Positions 40,031 to 47,578 of a stretch of 64,000 nucleotides of DNA are shown here, one piece after another. The notes under the pieces are model-generated. The model was not told the origin of the DNA and did not search any database. It saw only the letters and a program-made list of their open reading frames with translations. This DNA comes from Desulfatiglandales bacterium (GTDB lineage: Bacteria > Desulfobacterota > DSM-4660 > Desulfatiglandales > Desulfatiglandaceae). The stretch covers positions 5,632,001-5,696,000 of the forward strand of contig OY759599.1 of the NCBI GenBank assembly GCA_963662465.1, written 5' to 3'. The number at the start of each line of letters is the position of its first letter. Within the stretch, counting starts at the first letter, position 1. The translations under genes were made by a program, and so were the position numbers.

Positions 40031-40414
40031 CTACGCGGCTCTTTTCTGATATTTTTCAGCAATTTTTACTTTCTTTCCGTATTTTTCACAATAGAAACGA
40101 ATACATTCCGGTGCTATATCAATTGCTTTTTCGTCATACAATCCTGTTTCTGGATTTAACCAGATAAGAGTATAGTCACCTTTTACCAATTCAAATCTAC
40201 TTTTATCTCGAAGTGGCAAAAAAACTTCTCCAGGATTTTCCTCAACTATCAGAGAATAAAAATCCAATTCATAGATTGATACATCCAAATTTTCCTCAAA
40301 CCATAATCTCAAGATATAATCTTTTACATACTCGGCTTTGAGGAGTCCTCGTTCAAATTTATTTTTCCAGTTTGATTCATCTGCAGCATATTCAGACCAT
40401 TCTTTCCATTTCAT
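40031..40414 (-). CDS. DUF2442-like protein (putative TA partner)
   Basis: AEYVKDYILRLWF...FLPLRDKSRFELV...TLIW...DIAPE; AT-rich. Confidence 0.7.
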   Translation of the reverse strand: MKWKEWSEYAADESNWKNKFERGLLKAEYVKDYILRLWFEENLDVSIYELDFYSLIVEENPGEVFLPLRDKSRFELVKGDYTLIWLNPETGLYDEKAIDIAPECIRFYCEKYGKKVKIAEKYQKRAA

Positions 40415-40419
40415 GATAT

Positions 40420-40690
40420 TTACCCCACAATTGATACAAGTTGATTAATCATAGCAAGCTTCCATTGTTCAAGTAGTTCCTGTTCATGGACATCTACCCA
40501 TACTTCCACCATTTTTTTCAATTTCAGAGGTAGGCCTTTACCGGGTTTCATCCATTTTTTTGTTCTGATTTCATAACGATAACTTTTCACGTCATTCTGA
40601 TATTTGATATGAACATGCGGCGGTGCATGATCATTATAATTCATCAGTACTATCAGTGTACTTTTTTAAAGGGATACGATACAGGCGGCA
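40420..40690 (-). pseudogene. DUF4160-like protein; probable frameshift in an A6 run near the start
   Basis: MPPVSYPFKK then a frame change to LIVLMNYNDHAPPHVHIKY...ELLEQW. Confidence 0.65.
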
Positions 40691-40731
40691 TAATTTATTA
40701 CTCTCTCATTTTGATTCTCATTCATAAAGAG

Positions 40732-40790
40732 GTATGACGTTAAATTGTGCGGTGTGGCTTTTTGCGTCCGCACCAGTGCCGGGTTATATG
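40732..40790 (-). other. Integron attC-like recombination site
   Basis: Minus strand ATATAAC-CCGGCACTGGTGCGGACGCAAAAAGCCACACCGCACAATTTAAC-GTCATAC: R''/R' boxes with an internal TGCGG/CCGCA stem; sits just after a stop codon and before the next ORF. Confidence 0.7.
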
Positions 40791-40792
40791 AA

Positions 40793-41209
40793 TTTAACCG
40801 GATAGGTACTCTAATAACTCAGCATTTGCGGCGTTTTTTATTAGTCTTGCTCTCACGGGACCAACATTATATTTTAGCAATTAAATTTGACTCAGTATTC
40901 TGATGTAAATCTTCGATCGTATTTATGCCAGCTTCTTGAAGCTTTTCTTTTCGCCAGCGTGTAAGCATTTGCAGAACTGTTATTGGTTTCTTAAGCATGT
41001 GTTCCAACGAAATTTGTAGAGCTTGCTTCAATCTGTGCACTTACTACGTTCAGCAACTCACGTTCATTAGTATCCGCAATGGTCTCTGAAAATTCAAAAA
41101 AACAGGATGCATAGTGGTGTACCTTTCCAAACGATTCAGTGTTTTGAATAGTATTATTGAAAGTGTCTTGGCAACGCATATTAATTTTTTCGAAATATTC
41201 TTGGCTCAT
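40793..41209 (-). pseudogene. AT-rich cassette gene fragments (C-terminus with HhH-like segment; separate N-terminal fragment at 40991-41209)
   Basis: KLQEAGINTIEDL...VGPVRARLIKNAANAELLEYLSG* ends a few nt before the attC; frameshifted. Confidence 0.5.
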
Positions 41210-41244
41210 CGTGGATTTGCGTGAAATTTGGCTTCTGAGCCGAT

Positions 41245-41304
41245 TGTAGGTGCGACTTTAGTCGCACATTAAGCCTACCCTGTGCGACTAAAGTCGCACC
41301 TACA
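41245..41304. repeat. REP doublet (perfect 24-bp inverted repeat)
   Basis: TGTAGGTGCGACTTTAGTCGCACA-N12-TGTGCGACTAAAGTCGCACCTACA. Confidence 0.85.
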
Positions 41305-41717
41305 GCCCGAACCGAAACAACCCAAAGCGCGGTTTCACGTTAATCCGCAATGAACCATATTCTTTAGCATTCGTTGGATCTTATCTTTTGTTATGAACCA
41401 TACACACTGCAAAATGATCAGCGTAATCTGAATGAGGGATATCACCGATGCCCAAAACCGGCGAGAGCCGCTTTATACCCAAAACTTTGCCGGATTTTCA
41501 AAAGCACTCCCCAAACAATGAAGCCTGCATTGCTTACCTCTCACCAAGAGATTCCCCGGTGGCTTTTTATGCAGCCATTATAGATAATACGAAGATAATG
41601 CAGGACTACCAGGGAGGACACATTTTGAAAGCCCCACCTGCAAATTGCATTTTTTTTGATTTAATGCAACTGGATCTCTCACAGGCAAATTATTGCACAT
41701 AACGACCTTCCTTTTGA

Positions 41718-42185
41718 CTATGAAGTCGACATCAGGATATTGATCTGCTGGTCCGTCATGTCGATCCCATCCTTGAAAACATCGAGAGTCCGATAGAAAA
41801 CCTGTTTTTTTATCCCTTCGGCCAGCACATTGTAGGTAAACAAAATCTGCCGCTTGTGGCCCCTGACCAGCCGTCCTATGTTCAGCTTTTCGTTGAGCTG
41901 TTCCAGATCGTCATCATCCAGAAATTGAGCACCAAGCCGTCCCAGGGCATAGGCCTGAAGGCTGAAGCAGTTAATGAATCCCATGGACAGGGGAATCCGG
42001 TAGAAAAATACCGCCACAAAGGAAAGACCCATCTGAAAAATGAGACAGTTATCACGTTCCCGAATGATAAAGTTCCGCTCCTCTATCCATTTTTTGACCT
42101 GCCCCTTCAGGATTGGCGAGGGACGCTCTTCCGGAAGGAAGTTGATAAAGGCGCCGGTTTCCGATTCAGGCGGAAGGGTTTTCAT
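41718..42185 (-). CDS. Hypothetical protein, possibly YbjN/T3SS-chaperone-like fold
   Basis: LEQLNEKLNIGRL segment; overlaps the end of the lysozyme gene. Confidence 0.5.
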   Translation of the reverse strand: MKTLPPESETGAFINFLPEERPSPILKGQVKKWIEERNFIIRERDNCLIFQMGLSFVAVFFYRIPLSMGFINCFSLQAYALGRLGAQFLDDDDLEQLNEKLNIGRLVRGHKRQILFTYNVLAEGIKKQVFYRTLDVFKDGIDMTDQQINILMSTS

Positions 42186-42981
42186 CTGTATCAGCCCTCC
42201 CATCACCCGCTAGATAATAACCGGTCGCCCTTCTGAAAGCTTCCGAGGTTTTTGCCCCAGCGTAGCCGTCCACTTTCACATAGACCCCCGGAAGGGTATT
42301 TAGAAATCCCTGGAGGCCCGCGGCATGCGACGTTTTTTCCCGGGGTGCATATCTCAAAAGCGGCATTGCCGTTTCAGGCGGCGGGGCTTCCAACTCCGGA
42401 TCAAAGACCGCCAGGCCTTTCTCCGCCATTCTTCTCAATACCACGGCCGCCCCCATCTGGCGGGATACCGCCGTGTTGGAAAAGGTGCCGTCAGCCACAT
42501 ATTTACCGCGGGCGTAGTGTTGGGAATAACTCCACAAGTAGGGGGAAAGGACCTCCGGATGCCATTTTCGATACCCCCATCCATTGTATCCTTCCAGCTT
42601 GTAAAGGGTCCCTGGAACGCTCCAATCGTTCCAGCGGTCCATCCGCTCCAACCGAAGGGCGTCCATGGCGCTTTCCTCCCAGGTGAAGGGCGGAGTGCCG
42701 GTGCGTGGATGGCCCGAAGGCACGTGTATCGTTCTTTTTGTTAGGGGATCACCATTGTGCAAGTGCCGGTCAAACCCTGAAGACGCCTCCATCAGATGAA
42801 TCACCGCAATCACAAACCAGGGGATTTCAAGCACGTCGGCCACCCGCTGGTAACGTCCCAGATTTGAAACGATTCTTCCTACAATTGACGATACTTCCGC
42901 TGTCCGGGTTTCCCTGATGATGCAGGTGTCGAACAAACGCCGGTAATCCGCTCGCAACCCCTCGGTCAATTTCATGAACAT
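42166..42981 (-). CDS. Lysozyme-family peptidoglycan hydrolase with C-terminal PG-binding segment
   Basis: IPWFVIAVIHLMEAS...HLHNGDPL...FTWEESA...LEGYNGWGY...SPYLWS...GKYVADG; VDGYAG.KTS. Confidence 0.85.
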   Translation of the reverse strand: MFMKLTEGLRADYRRLFDTCIIRETRTAEVSSIVGRIVSNLGRYQRVADVLEIPWFVIAVIHLMEASSGFDRHLHNGDPLTKRTIHVPSGHPRTGTPPFTWEESAMDALRLERMDRWNDWSVPGTLYKLEGYNGWGYRKWHPEVLSPYLWSYSQHYARGKYVADGTFSNTAVSRQMGAAVVLRRMAEKGLAVFDPELEAPPPETAMPLLRYAPREKTSHAAGLQGFLNTLPGVYVKVDGYAGAKTSEAFRRATGYYLAGDGRADTDENPSA

Positions 42982-43036
42982 TTCTCCTGCAAGCTGTCGT
43001 CTTTTTTATGGTTCAAAGGCCATTTAAGATGTAGCA

Positions 43037-43065
43037 TTGACGCAAAATTTTCCTAAGTATACACT
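43037..43065 (+). promoter_or_regulatory. Sigma70-type promoter
   Basis: TTGACG-N17-TACACT upstream of the TIGR02757 gene. Confidence 0.45.
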
Positions 43066-43179
43066 GTCGGCACCGAGGGAGTCCATATGGAAAAAACCCG
43101 TGTTCAAAAAATCGGGCTTTTAATCAAGTCATTTTCCTAGGACCCGGCGTTTCAATGATCACCATTTGCGAGAAACCCC

Positions 43180-43980
43180 ATGACCGATTGCAACCGCATA
43201 ACCGTAAGCCGACAGGAACTCGAACGGCTCTTTGCCCTTTACCATAACCGTCAATGGGTTCATCCGGATCCCCTCGAATTTCTGTATTTGTACCGGGAAA
43301 AAAAGGACCGGGAAATGGTGGGGCTCATCGCCTCTTCCCTGGCCTACGGTCGGGTGACCCAGATTTTGAAAAGCGTATCCACCGTGCTTGAAAAAATGGG
43401 GCCTTCCCCCTGTGATTTTGCCCTGTCATCCACTGATGCCACACTTGAAAAGACCTTCGCGGGGTTTAAACACCGGTTTACTACGGCGAAAGATCTTGTA
43501 ACCCTCCTGCGGGGCGCCGGGTCGGTTTGCAAACATTATGGTTCTTTGTACAACTGCTTTATGGAAACCTACCGTGACCGGCAAGACACCGTCCATGAAG
43601 CACTGTGTTTTCTGGTGAGCGAACTGAGAAAAGCGAGCGGCGGAAGCGCCAACAGTCTTCTACCATTGCCGGAAAGAGGGAGTGCAAGCAAAAGACTGCA
43701 CCTTTTTCTTCGCTGGATGGTGCGAAACGATCAGGTGGATCCGGGCGGCTGGCATGATGTGAGCCCGAGCAAACTCATTGTTCCGCTTGACACGCACATG
43801 CACCGCATCTGCTCACAGCTCCATATGACCGCCAGAAAACAGGGAGATCTGAAAACGGCCATGGAAATCACCCATGCATTCAGGGAACTGGCGCCGGAAG
43901 ATCCCGTCAAATACGATTTTGTCCTCACCCGGCTCGGCATTCGCAAAGACTGCGATCCGGGGGAATTGTTTTCAAATTAA
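43180..43980 (+). CDS. TIGR02757 family (HhH-GPD-like) protein
   Basis: DPLEF, LAYGRV, SASKRLHLFLRWMVR, VPLDTH, PEDPVKYDF. Confidence 0.9.
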   Translation: MTDCNRITVSRQELERLFALYHNRQWVHPDPLEFLYLYREKKDREMVGLIASSLAYGRVTQILKSVSTVLEKMGPSPCDFALSSTDATLEKTFAGFKHRFTTAKDLVTLLRGAGSVCKHYGSLYNCFMETYRDRQDTVHEALCFLVSELRKASGGSANSLLPLPERGSASKRLHLFLRWMVRNDQVDPGGWHDVSPSKLIVPLDTHMHRICSQLHMTARKQGDLKTAMEITHAFRELAPEDPVKYDFVLTRLGIRKDCDPGELFSN

Positions 43981-44852
43981 AGGGCCCGGGACCATTCCGG
44001 TCGGAGATCGATATTCCCCGCCAGGGCGCTGTCAATCTGGGCCAGGGCCGCGTCCTTTCCCTTGGGAAGCCGGGCCTTGATGGGCAGATAATTGGAAGCA
44101 TGGTTAGAGAAAAACATCCCTCTACTGAGCTGGGTATTGGCGATCATCTCTCGCAATTCAACCAGGGTTTCCTTTTCGTTAAGGAGCCGAAAGTCACCCC
44201 GTTTGTATTCATCATGGAGTGGGGTTCCCGGCATCACCATGACGGTGAGGGCCCCCACGTAATTGGGATCCATGGCGCTCAAAACTTCCCCCGTGGCCCT
44301 GGCGTGCTGAAGGGAGAGCTTCGGGTCATTTCCCGCAATGCCCAGGAGTACCGTGACGGAGAGCTTGATGCCCGCTTCCCGGACCTTTCGGCCCATGTTG
44401 ATGAGATGCTGGGCCGTTGCACCCTTTCGGATCTTTTTGAGCAGGGGATCATCGCCTGTTTCCACCCCCATATAAATAATGCCGAGCCCGTTATCATGAA
44501 GGGCTTTCAGGTCTTCGGGGCTTTTCATGTTGATCCCCTTGGCATTTCCATAGGCCCCCACCCGTTTCACCCAGGGGAGGTGTTCTCGAATGCGGTCCAG
44601 TATCCACATGAGCCGTTTCTGGGGAACGATCAGGGCATCCCCATCCATAAGGAAAACCCGATCCTGTCGTTTCATGTATTTGCCGGCAAAAAGGATATCC
44701 GATAGAATAATTTTATCGTCTTTGATAGTAAATCGTTTGTCGTTGTAGGTCCCACAAAAGGTGCACTTGTTATGGGAACATCCCAGGGTCACCTGAAGCA
44801 GGATGCTGTAGGCCTCACTGGGAGGTCTGATGCAGTTGCCGTCATAATGCAT
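43977..44852 (-). CDS. Radical SAM protein
   Basis: IRPPSEA.S.LLQVT.GCSHNKCTFC; F.SNHASNYL. Confidence 0.9.
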   Translation of the reverse strand: MHYDGNCIRPPSEAYSILLQVTLGCSHNKCTFCGTYNDKRFTIKDDKIILSDILFAGKYMKRQDRVFLMDGDALIVPQKRLMWILDRIREHLPWVKRVGAYGNAKGINMKSPEDLKALHDNGLGIIYMGVETGDDPLLKKIRKGATAQHLINMGRKVREAGIKLSVTVLLGIAGNDPKLSLQHARATGEVLSAMDPNYVGALTVMVMPGTPLHDEYKRGDFRLLNEKETLVELREMIANTQLSRGMFFSNHASNYLPIKARLPKGKDAALAQIDSALAGNIDLRPEWSRAL

Positions 44853-44903
44853 CCCTTCACTTTCCATTTTCTTTTTCTCCTGTTATGGGCAGATATTTTG
44901 AAT

Positions 44904-44974
44904 GGGCGGACACACAGGTCCGCCCCTACGATCGGTTGCATTTTCATGGGCAAACACGGGGGTCTTGCCCCTAC
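44904..44974 (-). repeat. Two tandem GTAG REP units; the second overlaps the hpnH stop codon
   Basis: GGGCGGACACACAGGTCCGCCCCTAC and GGGCAAACACGGGGGTCTTGCCCCTAC. Confidence 0.75.
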
Positions 44975-46008
44975 GATCGGTGGCGGCGCCAATGGACCTT
45001 CAGGGCTTTCAGAGGGTTCTTGGCGGAATCCATGACCGCCGTGGGTTCGAAACCGCTGTGGAGCATGCAGTGGGTGCATCGAGGATCCCGACCCACGCCG
45101 TATTTTGACCAGTCCGTGTTTTCCATCAACCCCCGGTAAGTATCTTCATAACCATCGTTGATAAGGTAGCAGGGTTTTTGCCAGCCAAAAATGTTCCGAG
45201 TGGGATTCCCCCAGGGGATACAGGCGTAATCCTGGTTTCCTTCCAGAAAATCCAGATACAGACTGCTGTGATTGAACCGCCAGGACTTTTTTTTCCCCAG
45301 CATAAAAATGGATCGAAATAATTTTTTGGCTTCATCCCGATTGAAAAAATGTTCCTGGTCCGATGCATTTTCATAGTTAAAAGCAGACGCAACGGTCATG
45401 GCTTCCACCTGAAGAGACGTCAGCAGATCAAACAATTGACCCGCACTCTCGGCGGTTTCCCCCTTAAACAGGGTGGTGTTGGTGGTAACCCGAAACCCTT
45501 TTGAAATTAAAAGCCTAATGGCCTTTACAGCATTTTCAAATACCCCTTTACGGCCCACCCTTGCGTCATGACGTTCGTTGAGCGCATCCAAATGAACATT
45601 AAATGTGAGATAAGTATTGGGTTCGAACTCATCAATCCGTTTTTGAACGAGAAGGGCATTGGTACACAAGTATACGAATTTTTTCCGGGCCGCAAAGCCT
45701 TTGGCTATTTCCGCTATTTGTGGATGCATGAGGGGTTCACCGCCCGCAATGGACACCACGGGGGCGCCACATTCCTCCACCGCAGCCATGCACGCATCCA
45801 AGCTCATGCGTTTTTTAAGGATTTCCTCCGGGTAGGCAATTTTTCCGCAGCCTTTGCAGGCCAGGTTACAGCGGAAAAGAGGTTCAAGCATCAGCACCAG
45901 GGGAAATCGCCCGTTGCCGTTTGAACTGAACCGTTTTCTACCGACATAGGCGCCGATACGCGCCTTTTGAATAAATGGTATTCCCAAATACAGCTCCTTA
46001 TTCCTCAA
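44971..46008 (-). CDS. hpnH: Adenosylhopane synthase (radical SAM)
   Basis: FPLVLMLEPLFRCNLACKGCGKI, SIAGGEPL, YLCTNA, C.PWGNPTRNIFGWQKPCYL, C..CM.HSGFE. Confidence 0.95.
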   Translation of the reverse strand: MRNKELYLGIPFIQKARIGAYVGRKRFSSNGNGRFPLVLMLEPLFRCNLACKGCGKIAYPEEILKKRMSLDACMAAVEECGAPVVSIAGGEPLMHPQIAEIAKGFAARKKFVYLCTNALLVQKRIDEFEPNTYLTFNVHLDALNERHDARVGRKGVFENAVKAIRLLISKGFRVTTNTTLFKGETAESAGQLFDLLTSLQVEAMTVASAFNYENASDQEHFFNRDEAKKLFRSIFMLGKKKSWRFNHSSLYLDFLEGNQDYACIPWGNPTRNIFGWQKPCYLINDGYEDTYRGLMENTDWSKYGVGRDPRCTHCMLHSGFEPTAVMDSAKNPLKALKVHWRRHRS

Positions 46009-46736
46009 TTATCATGCGTTTCCATTTTACACAGTTGCTTCATCAGGTCCAGTGCCTGTTGCCATGGTCCTTCCCGCCCGCTACAGGGGGGCATGCAGAT
46101 CAAAATTTTTCGCAACTGGTCGCAGGCCGGCCCCGGTTCTTCATCTTCCAAATACGCCTTGGCGAGTCCCAGACGATTTTCAAAAAAATCGGGATCCCGC
46201 ACAACGGCGCGTTTGTAATGGGCCAGCGCCTTTTCCAAATCTCCAATGCTGACAGGGGGTCCGGGCGCCCGCAGATAGAGTTCCCCCAGCATTCGATCCG
46301 GACCGCCATGATCCAGTTGGGGACTCAGGCGGGCCGCCTCAAGGGCAGACCGTTCGATGACCGGCGCCAGAGCCAACCCCCTCAAGGTATCGTTTTCAGC
46401 TTCAAGTCCAGCCAGGTAAGCGGCCAGGTAATGGGCCATACCGTTTTCAGGGTCACGGGCAACAGCTGCTTCGGCCAGCTTGCGCCCTTTCAGAGCGTTT
46501 TCAAGTCGTATGACCCGGGTTTTTCCGTTTTGTGCCAGCACGGCGTAACAGCGAGCCGCCTGAACTGCCGCTCCCGATTTTCCAGCGTCCTTTTCCCACA
46601 ACACGGCCTGATCCCGGGTGCAGGGAGACCACAGAGTGGTTTCTTCCCCGTCCGGCAACCGCATGACGTCCCGGGTCGAGGCGCAGGCCGTGAGGAATAA
46701 AAAGATCATCCACAGGCTACGGAATAAAACAGCCAT
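46005..46736 (-). CDS. TPR/TatT-like lipoprotein (BstC-like)
   Basis: Lipobox LTAC; GGPDRMLGELYLRAPGPPVSIGDLEKALAHYKRAV motif. Confidence 0.7.
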   Translation of the reverse strand: MAVLFRSLWMIFLFLTACASTRDVMRLPDGEETTLWSPCTRDQAVLWEKDAGKSGAAVQAARCYAVLAQNGKTRVIRLENALKGRKLAEAAVARDPENGMAHYLAAYLAGLEAENDTLRGLALAPVIERSALEAARLSPQLDHGGPDRMLGELYLRAPGPPVSIGDLEKALAHYKRAVVRDPDFFENRLGLAKAYLEDEEPGPACDQLRKILICMPPCSGREGPWQQALDLMKQLCKMETHDN

Positions 46737-47568
46737 TTTCTTTATCGCTTAACCGAAATTGCAACAGGTCCAGGTCCGCGGGTCCAAAGCCGTCCGTTTG
46801 TAAGAGGGTCAGAAGTTTTTCGGCGCTTGCGTCCCCTTTCATCCCCTGCAGGACCCCGGCCAGTTTTTTCATGGTTTCATTGGCTGAACCAAACCAGATC
46901 ACCGGGCTTACGGGCAACTCCCGGGAAGTGTGCATCACTTTGATCTTTTTACCAACCGACAGGGTTTGAACGGTTCCATACTGAACCCGATCCAGCACCA
47001 CCCCGCTGGTTTTGCCCTTAACCACCGAGCGGAGAGATCTCAGGGGACGAAAGGTCCCCTCAAGGGTAAAGGGCAATCGATCCGGAAGGCATCCAAACAA
47101 TAAGCAGGCGGCCGCCTTGTTTTCAAACAGCATGTTCCCAAGAATTTTGCCGTTCAGGGATTGCCAGTCCGATCCCGCATCCTCATGGGCCATCAGGCGC
47201 CAGACATCTTTTATAAATCCGCCCGGCCGCGTAGCGGCCATGGGCGTCATTTGAAAACGGCGGGCATACCGGGCGTAAACCCCTAATTGTACAATTCCCC
47301 ATACCGGCGGCGAGGATGTCAGAAACGCCAGGGCAGGTTCCAGTTGGTTGAAATAACGACCCCGAAGGGTTACGCCAGGCCCCATTTTCCGCTGAATATA
47401 ATCAGCCAGGGCATCCATCGCCGGACGCGCTTCCGCTTCCGTTCCCGGCTGACCCGGCTGGATCACCGCAAAATCCAGATTGCCCCCCTCGGCATGCCCA
47501 TTCACGGACCCGAAAAGCATGGCAAAAAAGAACAATACGGCCCCATATTTTTTCATGGCATTCCTCAC
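46717..47568 (-). CDS. Periplasmic PhnD/SsuA-like binding protein (BstB-like)
   Basis: Signal peptide; ALADYIQRKMG; SVVKGKTSGVVLD; TSRELP..P SBP pattern. Confidence 0.6.
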   Translation of the reverse strand: MRNAMKKYGAVLFFFAMLFGSVNGHAEGGNLDFAVIQPGQPGTEAEARPAMDALADYIQRKMGPGVTLRGRYFNQLEPALAFLTSSPPVWGIVQLGVYARYARRFQMTPMAATRPGGFIKDVWRLMAHEDAGSDWQSLNGKILGNMLFENKAAACLLFGCLPDRLPFTLEGTFRPLRSLRSVVKGKTSGVVLDRVQYGTVQTLSVGKKIKVMHTSRELPVSPVIWFGSANETMKKLAGVLQGMKGDASAEKLLTLLQTDGFGPADLDLLQFRLSDKENGCFIP

Positions 47569-47578
47569 TTTTCACTCT

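Noticed and set aside
39932..41700. Prophage or integrative element at tRNA-Thr
   Set aside because: No integrase and no duplicated tRNA 3' end found in the window
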